Shown here: in pieces, positions 1 through 10,375 of the stretch
How positions within the stretch are numbered: the first letter of the stretch is position 1
Layout of the letters: each line of letters begins with the position of its first letter
Origin: a virus
Direction: 5' to 3' (one strand)
Virus record (IMG/VR): IMGVR_UViG_3300026518_000009
Location: 1-64,000 of that record
DNA length: 64,000 nucleotides
Position numbers and translations under genes: made by a program
The notes under the pieces: generated by a model
What the model was told of the DNA's origin: nothing
The model's input: the letters and a program-made list of their open reading frames with translations, nothing else
Databases searched by the model: none

Positions 1-1062
1 AGGTTTAGGAATATTGTTAATAATACCGCTGGTACTTGGTATACGCTGTATGGAAATAACAATGCTAATAGTACAGGAGTTGATTGGTCAGCCCAAAACC
101 TAACCCTTGCAGGTTCAATAACAGGGGCTACTTCAATCACTACTGGTTCAATCACCCCAACAAACCTATCAACAGGCTATCTACCTTATATGAATGGAAG
201 TTTGGTTAATAGTCCTGTTTATACCAATGGAGAATTTGTTAGTATAGGCACTTCAATTCAAATAAAAGGGGGAATGACGAGTACTCTTCCTGTTTTATCT
301 GTGTTTGGTACTTCCATTACCTTTGCTAAATATGCTGATTCTACAAGTTGTAATAATTTTCAAATAGTTAAAGGTAGGGGTACATTAACATCTCCTGTTG
401 CATCTAACTCAGGAGATTATTTAGGTACTTTTTCTTTTGCTGGTATTACTACTGCTCTAAGCTCTTCTATTGGAGCTGCAATTTACTCTTATCAAACGGG
501 AGATGCAACAAATACACAAGTACCAGCAGATTTTAGATTTTTTACTTCTGATGGAACAACTTTTGGTGAAGTTATGAGGATGACTTCCGATAAAAAAGTA
601 TTTATCGACTATACCTCCGACCCAACATCAGGAAATAAATTGGCTGTTAATGGTAATGGGTATTTTAATGGAAATCTAACCCTTGCAGGTTCAATCACGT
701 GGTCACATACAATGTCTACAACTGATGTTGGAAGATTTGCATATTCAGGGGCTAGTTCAAATGTTTTATATTCTGGGGGTATTGGAGGTTTTGGGATAAA
801 TAACCAAGCAGATTCAGTACGAATAGTTCAGGTAACTGATGATGGTAACGTCTTTATCGGCTACACTTCCGACCCTACAAGCGGAAACAAACTTGCCGTT
901 AACGGTAACGGATACTTTGCGGGTTCTTTGACGGCAACAGGTGAAGTAACAGTTGGTCCTCATACAGATGGAACAACAGAAGTTGCATCTAATGTGTTAT
1001 ATGGGACAACAGATCCTCCCACTGGTACTTTTAAAGAAGGAACAATTTATATAAAATATTAA
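1..1062 (+). CDS. Tail fibre protein, C-terminal part (5' truncated by the window)
   Basis: Frame is open from base 1 (RFRNIVNNTAGTWYTLYG...) into ORF 190..1062. G/T/S/N-rich, with a repeated FIxYTSDPTSGNKLAVNGNGYF fibre motif and a YGTTDPP...GTIYIKY terminus typical of fibre ends. Confidence 0.75.
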   Translation, partial: RFRNIVNNTAGTWYTLYGNNNANSTGVDWSAQNLTLAGSITGATSITTGSITPTNLSTGYLPYMNGSLVNSPVYTNGEFVSIGTSIQIKGGMTSTLPVLSVFGTSITFAKYADSTSCNNFQIVKGRGTLTSPVASNSGDYLGTFSFAGITTALSSSIGAAIYSYQTGDATNTQVPADFRFFTSDGTTFGEVMRMTSDKKVFIDYTSDPTSGNKLAVNGNGYFNGNLTLAGSITWSHTMSTTDVGRFAYSGASSNVLYSGGIGGFGINNQADSVRIVQVTDDGNVFIGYTSDPTSGNKLAVNGNGYFAGSLTATGEVTVGPHTDGTTEVASNVLYGTTDPPTGTFKEGTIYIKY

Positions 1063-1064
1063 TA

Positions 1065-3110
1065 ATGGATGCTAACTATAATACATTAGATAATATTCCC
1101 CCCATATTTGATACTGAATATTGGGTTAAACAAAAATTGTTATATCTGACCAAGAACTCTACTGATTTTGATAATAATAAAATAGTTGGCATAACAAAGA
1201 ATAGTTCAACAGAAGGGCAATATCCAGGTGCATTAGTTACTAAAGTATATTCCTATGATGATATTAATAATGCTATAACTAATACTCCGGTATTAACATT
1301 AATTATGGATGAAACAAGTAGTTATATTACATCACAATCAAGTGGGGCATCTGTAACATTTAATAATGGAAATAATCCTAAAATAAAAAGGTTAACAACA
1401 CTTAATTTTTTAGTAGCAAGTATAGCGTTAAAATCAGGTTCTACTGCATTACCAAATCAAATAGGAAATGTAACTGATGATTTTTTATTAATATTTAATT
1501 TAATAGGGTGGGATAATGCTAATAATGATACAGTAGATATAAATTATACAACTGGTGGTACAGTTACTGCCGGAGCAAGTTCTGATTATGATATTGATAT
1601 TATTGACTCTAATCATTTTGTTGTAGCAACATCTGCATTAGCTGGTTTAGTTCAAATATATGAAATAAATAGTACATTTGATGGTATAACATTATTAACA
1701 CAATTATCTAATACCGATAGTACACAAAGAAGTACAGTAAACACAATCAAAGTAATAGATAGTTCTCATTTTATGGTTAGTAGGTTTATTCCTACAACTA
1801 ATGTTTCTGAACTTATTGTATATTCATTTGACACCTCATATAATATAACTGAATTAAAAAGGATAACGTTAGCAAGTGGAACAGCATTAAGGGATTTTAC
1901 ATTTGAAATAGATACTGACAATAAATACGGGGTTATATTTGGATATGACCCGGGTGCACCATCCGGGCATGCTAATATTTATAGTGGATATATTTCATAT
2001 AATAGTGATTTTTCTACAGTTAATGCATCTATACAAGAAGACCCATATTTAACTGATGGAATGAATGTTGACATATATTCATTTAATACACAGCCGGAGA
2101 TAAAACCTATATCTAATAATTATTTCTTAGTTACAACAGGCAATGGGGCGTCTATAAATTATTATCTATATAAGCAGGCCACTAATTATCCAGAATTAAT
2201 ATTAAGAAGTGGTTGGGCAACAGATGATAAGCGTAATATAACATCTATATCTAATCTGATTATTAATAAAAATATATTTATATCAAGTTGGGCAGACAGT
2301 TCATCATCTTCTGTTTGGGGGAGGATGAGTACGTTTCATGTATATGACAGGACACAACTTAATCAAAGTATTAATATGAGTGTTTATAGCAATGGTGCAT
2401 GGCAACAGGGAATACGTGGATGGATATATGAAGATGGTGGATGGAGATTAATGAAAAAAGCTGATGTATATACAAATTCAACATTAAATAATCCATTTAT
2501 TGAAAGTTATGAATTTGCTCAACCAAGTATTACATCAGTAGTATGGGGAAGTGATACTTCTACTGTAGATGTAATTATATCTTGTAGTAAAGCATGGACG
2601 GTGTCATATATGCCAAGTTGGATAACATATCAGGTTGGCATTATGCTTACTAATTATGATGCAAACCCACCAACTAAAGTATTTGAAGATTATACAAGTT
2701 TAGGAACGTTTGGTACGGGTTATATATTAAGGTTAACTCCAAGTAGTACTACAAGTGAAAGGTCTGATAATATAACTATTGCTATTGATGGTGCTGATAT
2801 ATTAACAATTCCGGTTAGTCAAGGTGTAGCCCAGTCAGACCCAACAATATCAATGAGCAATTCCGCATTTAGTGTAGTATCTCATGATGAAACGGTAACA
2901 TTAAACAGTGTTGATGTTCCATTTGATATTACGCCCTCTGCAACACAGACAAATGTGAAGTTTACATTATATAAAGATGGAACAGCATTAGATAATCAGG
3001 TAATTATTGAAGGTACTTTAGAGCAAAATACTAAATATTCAAATTCATTTACTTTAGCAAATGCTGCAACATATAATGAAACATATGAAATTAAAGTTGA
3101 ATTAATATAA
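1065..3110 (+). CDS. Putative tail/receptor-binding protein with beta-propeller-like repeats and a BACON domain
   Basis: Repeated [IV]DSxHF[VM]V-type blades, a NGAWQQ..WIYEDGGWR motif, and a BACON-like stretch at about 2523-2822 (ISCSKAWTVSYMPSWI...ERSDNITI...IPVSQ). Confidence 0.6.
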   Translation: MDANYNTLDNIPPIFDTEYWVKQKLLYLTKNSTDFDNNKIVGITKNSSTEGQYPGALVTKVYSYDDINNAITNTPVLTLIMDETSSYITSQSSGASVTFNNGNNPKIKRLTTLNFLVASIALKSGSTALPNQIGNVTDDFLLIFNLIGWDNANNDTVDINYTTGGTVTAGASSDYDIDIIDSNHFVVATSALAGLVQIYEINSTFDGITLLTQLSNTDSTQRSTVNTIKVIDSSHFMVSRFIPTTNVSELIVYSFDTSYNITELKRITLASGTALRDFTFEIDTDNKYGVIFGYDPGAPSGHANIYSGYISYNSDFSTVNASIQEDPYLTDGMNVDIYSFNTQPEIKPISNNYFLVTTGNGASINYYLYKQATNYPELILRSGWATDDKRNITSISNLIINKNIFISSWADSSSSSVWGRMSTFHVYDRTQLNQSINMSVYSNGAWQQGIRGWIYEDGGWRLMKKADVYTNSTLNNPFIESYEFAQPSITSVVWGSDTSTVDVIISCSKAWTVSYMPSWITYQVGIMLTNYDANPPTKVFEDYTSLGTFGTGYILRLTPSSTTSERSDNITIAIDGADILTIPVSQGVAQSDPTISMSNSAFSVVSHDETVTLNSVDVPFDITPSATQTNVKFTLYKDGTALDNQVIIEGTLEQNTKYSNSFTLANAATYNETYEIKVELI

Positions 3111-3116
3111 GCAATT

Positions 3117-3515
3117 ATGATTTTAGTATTAATAATTATTATTTTATTATTTATAGCATTATGGAATGCTTATGTAATACTTTGGAGAACAGATATAAAT
3201 AATGATAAAAAGTATTCTAAAATATGGCATGGTATTGGACTTATTATAAGAGTACTTATTATGATTATTCCATTTTTCTTTATTAATTCAATAATAGAAG
3301 ATATTAAATGGTTATTAGTATCTATTTCTATTGGAGGAATTGCTTATGATTTCATTATTAATGCAATTAGATACTATTATACTAAACAGCCTCCATTATG
3401 GTATGTTGATAATAAGGGTTGGAATAAATTCTTTTTAAAGTTTTTATCTGCTAAACTATATTGGATATTAAGAGGAATATTTGTATTAACAACAATTATA
3501 ATATTATTTATATAA
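3117..3515 (+). CDS. Multi-pass membrane protein (possible holin-like)
   Basis: 132 aa with 3-4 hydrophobic segments, in the late region. Confidence 0.45.
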   Translation: MILVLIIIILLFIALWNAYVILWRTDINNDKKYSKIWHGIGLIIRVLIMIIPFFFINSIIEDIKWLLVSISIGGIAYDFIINAIRYYYTKQPPLWYVDNKGWNKFFLKFLSAKLYWILRGIFVLTTIIILFI

Positions 3516-3554
3516 ACAATTAAACAAATTATTAACAATTAAAAATTTTAAATT

Positions 3555-3785
3555 ATGTGGTATATTATTTTATTTGTAATAGGTCTTTTGTTAGGATTTA
3601 TTACTACATTATTATTTTCAAAAAAAATAAAACGTATTGAAAATGATATTAAAGAAGATATTACTAATATTCATAATCATATTAGTAATATTGATAATAA
3701 AATCGAAACTGTGATTACTAAAGCTAGTAAAGATGTAGATAAATTTAATGGTGGAGGTTCACCTAAAACAGATAGGAAGCAATAA
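3555..3785 (+). CDS. Small single-TM coiled-coil protein
   Basis: N-terminal hydrophobic helix, KK stop-transfer, then heptad-like I/E/N pattern. Confidence 0.5.
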   Translation: MWYIILFVIGLLLGFITTLLFSKKIKRIENDIKEDITNIHNHISNIDNKIETVITKASKDVDKFNGGGSPKTDRKQ

Positions 3786-3823
3786 TAAAATTAAATAATT
3801 TTTATAAACTAAATTTTAAAGTA

Positions 3824-4300
3824 ATGAAAAATAAGGATTTGTATGTAGCATTAAATAATGTTGCAGTATTAAAAGGGTTAACTGGAGCTAAATTTCTTAT
3901 TGCACTTAAAAAAGCTAGAAGAGATATGCAAAATGAAGTTGATATTATTGAATCTTTAAAAACTGATAATGATAAATATAATGAGTTTTTAAAAGAGCAG
4001 ACTGAACTTCAAGAAAAATATAGTGTAATAGAAAATGGTAAACCTAAGACAGAAACTATTTTTGATGATAATAAGCAGCCTATAGGAAAAAAATATATTA
4101 TTAAAGAGGATAAAATAGATGAATTTAATACTAAATATAATAAATTAACTAAAAAGTATGAGCATGTATTAGATGATTATATTTCAGCATTAGAATTAGA
4201 TACTAAATATAATAAGATAAAACTTGCTAGCAGATATTTACCTGATAATATATCTTTTGAACAATACGAAATAGTTGATTTATTTCTTGACATTGTATAA
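3824..4300 (+). CDS. Hypothetical helical phage protein (tail-fibre-associated type)
   Basis: 158-aa ORF with A-rich leader; charged and helical. Confidence 0.55.
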   Translation: MKNKDLYVALNNVAVLKGLTGAKFLIALKKARRDMQNEVDIIESLKTDNDKYNEFLKEQTELQEKYSVIENGKPKTETIFDDNKQPIGKKYIIKEDKIDEFNTKYNKLTKKYEHVLDDYISALELDTKYNKIKLASRYLPDNISFEQYEIVDLFLDIV

Positions 4301-4317
4301 TATTTTAAGTATATTTG
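4287..4317 (+). promoter_or_regulatory. Bacteroidota-type sigma70 promoter
   Basis: TTG at 4287-4289, 20-nt spacer, TAtaTTTG at 4310-4317, just upstream of the ATG at 4346. Confidence 0.5.
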
Positions 4318-4345
4318 CTTATTAATTTTTAAATTATAATAATTA

Positions 4346-7300
4346 ATGAAACCAGTAAAAGGACAAAATAGAGATAGAGATTTTATTACCAATATACCTG
4401 ATACTATATCAGATGGCAAAAACTTTATTATTACAGATTTATTTAGTACAATAACATCTGAAAAAGGTAATATAATATTACATTCTGTTACTGGTTTCAT
4501 TAATGGAATTATATCAACTAGTGATTCAATAGTTATCTTTAGTATAGATGGTGAATTTAGTGAAATTGGAATATATAAAGATGATAAATATACTATAATA
4601 TTAAAAACAAAATATTTATCATTTGATATTAATCACCCAATAAGTGGAGAATATTATTATAATGAAAATAAAGAATTAATAATATTTTTTTATGATGATA
4701 TTAATACTTCTAAAATAATTAATATTAATAGTTTACCGTTTGAAATAGATACTAATTATGAGTTATATGATAGTAAAAAAATAAAACTATTAGAACAATT
4801 TATACCATTTAAACAACCTATTTATAAATTAATTGGAGTATATGATAATGATGGTAATCTTCCTCAAGGAGTATATTATGTATCAATTCAATATAGATTA
4901 ATAGATGGTACATATACTAATTCAACAGATTTATCAAATCCAATATTTGTTGTTAAAGAAAGTAGTGGAGAAGAATGGGAAAATTATGCTGCATATTATG
5001 AAAATATAAATACTAATAAATCTATTAATTTAGCAATAGATAATATTGATAATTTATTTTTGCAATATAGAGTAAATATTATATACAAATCATATACTGA
5101 AACATTAGCATACGTTAGTGATGATTATAACATAGATAGTTTAGCTAAAATAACAATATCTTCATTAGATAAATATAAACAAGTAAATATATCCGATATT
5201 TTAATACGAAGCATGTCTTTTTTACATATCGGTACTTCAACAGCAATTGATAATAGATTATACATTGCTAACTTAACTACAAATAATCTTATTAAATATC
5301 AAAAATATGCTAACAATATTACTATAGATTGGGTATTTAATAATCAAGTATCTATGGATGGTATTAAAGGTAGTTATAAAGATAGTGTAGTTATATTCAA
5401 TAGTCGTGGATTTATGCCAGGTGAAATATATGCTTTTTATATTAGATTTATAAATACAAATAATAATAAAACTAGTCAGGTATTTCATATAGCTGGAAGA
5501 AATCCAGATACTGGTGAAACCGATTTAAGTACTAATGTAGATGCTTTAGCAATATATCCTAATGCTAAGAAATTTCAAATTGAAAATACTTGTAGTATTA
5601 TTGACAGCACTAATGGTATTGGTAAAATGGGGTATTGGGAAAATGAAGATGAATTATATCCTAATGCTGATTTGGATAAAGATGGAGATTTTGATGGTTC
5701 TATAGATTATAATGGCATAGCAATTACAAATGGTAGAAATTTACATGGAACTCCTGTTAAACATCATAAATTTCCTACGTTAAATTATTTAGTAAATTCT
5801 TTATCTAATAAAAAAATAATATCAGATTTAGAAGATGTTGCTAATGGTAGTTATATAAGGTTTTATAATCCTATTACAGTATATAATGACATAGATACTA
5901 GAACAGAGGCAATAGCTAATTTTGAAATAGCTTCATTTATTGGTACAACTTATAATAATAAATGGATAAATACTACTAAAAATTCATTAAGTCTTACCAT
6001 TAATTATGATTTATCTGTAAATGCTAGTACATTTAATGTTCCTGAAGATGAAACTACAAGTACAACTACATGTACTATATATTTAAGATTAAATATTTAT
6101 AAAATTAATACTGATGGAACTACTACATTAATTATTGGAAACGATAATAGTACTAGTGAAGTAAATACTGTAGAATTAAAAGGAATAATTAATGAAGTTA
6201 TAAATGCTAATGAGGGAATATATATAGATGGATATGGAAATTGTTCTAATGGATTAGTTGCTAATTTTGGTGGAAGTGTATATTGTGGATTTGGATTAAC
6301 TTCAGAAGTTGAAGGAAGTATATTTGGTAGAATTCTTGGAATTAAATTGAGTAATATACATATTCCTGATTATATAAAAACAGAATATGATAGTTTTGAA
6401 ATATTATATTCTGAAAGAAATACTAGTAATATGAGTGTATTAGGTTCATCAATACTTCCTAATAATACTGATATTAATGGTAATTATGTATATAATAAGT
6501 TTTATAATTTTGATTTATTAAATAGTAAACTTTCATTAAATCCTAGTCATATAATATTTGATTATATTTATGAAGATGGAACTGATAATACATCAACAAA
6601 AACTGTAATTGATAAAGATATAAATATAATACCAATATCAAATTATATATATCCTATTAAAAAAGCTAAATATATATTAAATAATATTAGTTATAGTAAT
6701 CCTTCAAATAAGTATGGAGGAGAACATATATATTTAGAATATAAAGATACTAAAGTTCCATTAGGAATTACTGATTCTACAATATATCAATATTTAATGG
6801 GTACTTTATATTCATTTAAATCTAGTGTATATAAAAACTTTAGTAAAACTACTTTAGTTAGAACTGGAATGATAATAAATATTGATGATACTATAGATTC
6901 TAATAATAATTGTAATACTGATACTATATATGGTGGAGATACATTTCTTAGCTTACATGGAATAACTGCTTTTGGAGATGCTAAAAATCCTTTAGCAAAA
7001 GATTTTAAAGTAATATATTATTTAATTCCTGAATATGGAATAGCTAATATAGGATTAAGATATAAAGATAATAAAGTTTACAATATATTTTATCCAAAAT
7101 ATAATCTTATTAATAATATAAATGCTAAGGGAAATGTATTTATAGGTGATGTTAATACAGCAGATATAAGTGGTAATAATTATATAGGTGCTTCTACTAG
7201 TCAGTATGATAGTTTATTTACTAGTATAGTTAAAGCTTTAGATCAATATAAAAATATTGATTTTAGGCCATATAATATTACTGAATATTATGGATATAAT

Positions 7301-8563
7301 AAATTATGGAATTCACTAAATGATTTACAACCATTTATAGTATTTGATATTAATAATAATTTTATTGATAAATTTCCATATACAATATATAGAACATTAC
7401 CTATATCTACAGAAAATAATAAAATAAACTGGAGAACAATATTACCTAATGAATATGTAACAAGCGTATCAGATAGAAAAGAAATAGTTAATTTAGATAA
7501 TAATGGAAAAGATTTATTAGTTGAACATAGATATGGTTTATTTGTATATCAATTTGTAAATCAACTAAATATTGATAATAATGTTGTAAGTGGATTAGGT
7601 GATTCTGATATATTTAATAGAAAATCATTAGAAGCAATACCAAATGGTAAAGGATATGTAGGATGTCAAAGTAAATTTGCTAGTATAAAAACTAAATTTG
7701 GTAACATTATTATAGATAGAGAACAAGGTAAGATATTCATATATAATGATACTATTGATGAAATAAGTAGATATGGAATGCGTAAATTCTTTATTAACAA
7801 TTTACAATATACTAATAATAATATAGATAATCCTTTTGCAAATGATGGAATTTATACTGCTTGGGATGAAGAATATGAAAGAGTTATAGTTACTAAAAAA
7901 TCATCTGATAATAATGAATTTAGTATAGATTATTATCCTTCTATAAAAGCATGGGGATTTTTTCATAGTTTCATTCCTAACTTCATGATTAATAATAGAA
8001 AAAGTTTATATGCAATTGATTATAATACTTTATCAAAAATGAATGTTGGAGATGCTGGAAAATTCTATACTGTCTATAATTCTGCACAAACAATAAATAC
8101 ATATACATCTTATGTAGATATTATATTTACTAAAGCTAGTGTAATAAATAAAAGATTTAAATCAATATTATGGAATAGTATAGTTACTACTAATAATGGA
8201 AGTATTGATAATACTAAAACATTTGATTATATTACTATATTTAATAAAAATAAACATAGTAATATGATACAATTAATAAATAAAACATTTGGTTCAGGTA
8301 ATGTAAGATTAACTGGAGGATTATGGAAATTCAATTCATTTAGAGATGTATTATATACTAAAAATATTGAAATAGTAAATAGAAATAATATAGATGAATT
8401 ATTACTTAAAACTCTTTCTGATAATCAAATATTTAGTGATTGGTATAAACATTCATTATTCATTGATGATTATATTATAGTAAGGTTTGAATTTGGTAAT
8501 TATAATTCTAATTCAATAAAAGTTACAGATATATTTATTAACTCAGATAAAATGCAAAGATAA
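4346..8563 (+). CDS. crAss-like tail stabilization / muzzle protein
   Basis: 1405 aa, directly before the cargo genes. Motifs GNLPQGVYY, RLYIAN, FMPGEIYAFYI, GKMGYWENEDE.YP, HHKFP, IYGGDTF, GCQSKF and W.FFHSFIP resemble this family. Confidence 0.75.
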   Translation: MKPVKGQNRDRDFITNIPDTISDGKNFIITDLFSTITSEKGNIILHSVTGFINGIISTSDSIVIFSIDGEFSEIGIYKDDKYTIILKTKYLSFDINHPISGEYYYNENKELIIFFYDDINTSKIININSLPFEIDTNYELYDSKKIKLLEQFIPFKQPIYKLIGVYDNDGNLPQGVYYVSIQYRLIDGTYTNSTDLSNPIFVVKESSGEEWENYAAYYENINTNKSINLAIDNIDNLFLQYRVNIIYKSYTETLAYVSDDYNIDSLAKITISSLDKYKQVNISDILIRSMSFLHIGTSTAIDNRLYIANLTTNNLIKYQKYANNITIDWVFNNQVSMDGIKGSYKDSVVIFNSRGFMPGEIYAFYIRFINTNNNKTSQVFHIAGRNPDTGETDLSTNVDALAIYPNAKKFQIENTCSIIDSTNGIGKMGYWENEDELYPNADLDKDGDFDGSIDYNGIAITNGRNLHGTPVKHHKFPTLNYLVNSLSNKKIISDLEDVANGSYIRFYNPITVYNDIDTRTEAIANFEIASFIGTTYNNKWINTTKNSLSLTINYDLSVNASTFNVPEDETTSTTTCTIYLRLNIYKINTDGTTTLIIGNDNSTSEVNTVELKGIINEVINANEGIYIDGYGNCSNGLVANFGGSVYCGFGLTSEVEGSIFGRILGIKLSNIHIPDYIKTEYDSFEILYSERNTSNMSVLGSSILPNNTDINGNYVYNKFYNFDLLNSKLSLNPSHIIFDYIYEDGTDNTSTKTVIDKDINIIPISNYIYPIKKAKYILNNISYSNPSNKYGGEHIYLEYKDTKVPLGITDSTIYQYLMGTLYSFKSSVYKNFSKTTLVRTGMIINIDDTIDSNNNCNTDTIYGGDTFLSLHGITAFGDAKNPLAKDFKVIYYLIPEYGIANIGLRYKDNKVYNIFYPKYNLINNINAKGNVFIGDVNTADISGNNYIGASTSQYDSLFTSIVKALDQYKNIDFRPYNITEYYGYNKLWNSLNDLQPFIVFDINNNFIDKFPYTIYRTLPISTENNKINWRTILPNEYVTSVSDRKEIVNLDNNGKDLLVEHRYGLFVYQFVNQLNIDNNVVSGLGDSDIFNRKSLEAIPNGKGYVGCQSKFASIKTKFGNIIIDREQGKIFIYNDTIDEISRYGMRKFFINNLQYTNNNIDNPFANDGIYTAWDEEYERVIVTKKSSDNNEFSIDYYPSIKAWGFFHSFIPNFMINNRKSLYAIDYNTLSKMNVGDAGKFYTVYNSAQTINTYTSYVDIIFTKASVINKRFKSILWNSIVTTNNGSIDNTKTFDYITIFNKNKHSNMIQLINKTFGSGNVRLTGGLWKFNSFRDVLYTKNIEIVNRNNIDELLLKTLSDNQIFSDWYKHSLFIDDYIIVRFEFGNYNSNSIKVTDIFINSDKMQR

Positions 8564-10365
8564 TGATATATTCTAATTATAAAGGAAAAAATATAGAAAC
8601 ATATAGTACTGGTGGAATAATAGGTTCTACTTTAAGTGGCATTGGTAGTGGTGCTGGAATAGGAGCATCATTTGGACCTGAAGGAGCATTAATTGGTGCT
8701 GGTGTAGGTTTAATTGGAGGATTAGTAGAAGGATTAGTTAAAAATAGTGCTGAAAAAAAACAAGAAGAAGAAAGAGCTCGTAATGAATATGTTACTAGAG
8801 AACAAGCTAGAGCATTAGATGATGCAAATAGACTTAATAATTATTATACAAATGGTTATGATCAAGAAACTTTATATAATAAGGGTGGTATGATTAAAAA
8901 AGAACATAAAGGTAAATTTACAAGATGGGCTAAAGAACATCATATGACTTTAGCTGAAGCTACTAAAAAAGTATTAGCTAATAGAAATAAATATAGTCCT
9001 AGTGTAATTAAAATGGCTATATTTGCTAGAAACTTTGGTGGATATAATAATGGTGGAGAGATACCAACTATAAATACTAAATCTAATACTCATAAAATTG
9101 GAGATGGTATTCAAGTAACTGGAAATACTAATAAAGATAAAATTAAAGCCACAGTAGATGGAACTCCAGTTAAATTAGATAATAAAGAAATTGTTGTTCA
9201 ATATCATGGCAATCCAGTTGTTATATCTGATGATTTAGGCGAAGCTGATAAATATAGAGCAGAATTAAAAGCTGGTGGTAATCCTAAAAGAATAGCTGAT
9301 AAATATGCTATTAGAGCAATAATGTTAGAGCATAATAATAATAATCATTTAGCTGATGGTGGAATACCTATTGGAAATGATTTATATATAGATGGTACTG
9401 GAAAAATACATCATAAATATGAATATGTAACATTAACTAATCCTGAATATTATAATAGTTCTAATTATATAGGAGATAATACAAATATTATTCCTACTAC
9501 AAAAAATAACACTTTAACAAATAATAATTTAAATACTAATTATATTCCAATTGCTACTAAAACATTTGCTAATACTGTTAATAATCTTAATTATCCAACA
9601 GTAGAATCATTGAATATACCAACTAGAAATATAACTGGTAATATAAATAGAATTGGAAGTAATGATTTAAAATTAACGCCATTTAATTTTGGTGATGATA
9701 ATAATGGTAAGAATAGTTCTAATTCATTAAATATTACTGGACTTGCTCAAGGTGCTTCTGCATTAGGTAGTATTATTAGTAATATATCTGCTAATTCTAA
9801 ATTACAACATCTTAATATTCCTAGACCATATCTACCTCAATATGTCAATAGAAATATAAATGTAGATGCTCCTATTTTTGAACATCAAATTCATAGTTTA
9901 AATAGTGCCATTGGAAATCTTAGTGATAATGTATTAAATAATACTTCTAATTCTAATGTTGCATTAGCTAGATTAGGTTCATTAACTGATAAAAAAATAA
10001 GTGCTGAAAACAATATTTATTCTAACCAATTAGCTGATAGAAATAGAATTGAAAATGAGAATATTGCTCAACAAAATAGATTTAATCTAATTAATGCTAA
10101 TTTAATGAATAATTATAATAATCAACAATATCAAGCTAATATTGGTAAAATTCAATCAGATTTAGCATTAAGTGGAAGTACACTTGCAACAATTAATGGT
10201 CTTGTAAATAATATGAAACGTGATAAATATCAAAATGAATATTTACAAGCTATTGCAAAACAAGTAGGATTTAATCCTAATGGTAATTTTGACATTAATA
10301 ATTTAACTAGTATGCAGCAAGCACAGTTAACAAAATTATTAAGACAAGCTGGATTAACAAATTAA
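8563..10365 (+). CDS. Virion cargo/ejection protein with N-terminal glycine-zipper TM segment
   Basis: GSTLSGIGSGAGIGASFGPEGALIGAGVGLIGG segment, [YL]xxGG repeats, N/Q-rich C-terminus; lies between the muzzle and RNAP genes. Confidence 0.65.
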   Translation: MIYSNYKGKNIETYSTGGIIGSTLSGIGSGAGIGASFGPEGALIGAGVGLIGGLVEGLVKNSAEKKQEEERARNEYVTREQARALDDANRLNNYYTNGYDQETLYNKGGMIKKEHKGKFTRWAKEHHMTLAEATKKVLANRNKYSPSVIKMAIFARNFGGYNNGGEIPTINTKSNTHKIGDGIQVTGNTNKDKIKATVDGTPVKLDNKEIVVQYHGNPVVISDDLGEADKYRAELKAGGNPKRIADKYAIRAIMLEHNNNNHLADGGIPIGNDLYIDGTGKIHHKYEYVTLTNPEYYNSSNYIGDNTNIIPTTKNNTLTNNNLNTNYIPIATKTFANTVNNLNYPTVESLNIPTRNITGNINRIGSNDLKLTPFNFGDDNNGKNSSNSLNITGLAQGASALGSIISNISANSKLQHLNIPRPYLPQYVNRNINVDAPIFEHQIHSLNSAIGNLSDNVLNNTSNSNVALARLGSLTDKKISAENNIYSNQLADRNRIENENIAQQNRFNLINANLMNNYNNQQYQANIGKIQSDLALSGSTLATINGLVNNMKRDKYQNEYLQAIAKQVGFNPNGNFDINNLTSMQQAQLTKLLRQAGLTN

Positions 10366-10375
10366 ATATAATATT

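Noticed and set aside
601-918. Diversity-generating retroelement TR/VR pair
   Set aside because: Differences are synonymous and not adenine-specific, both copies are in one ORF, and no reverse transcriptase is in the window.
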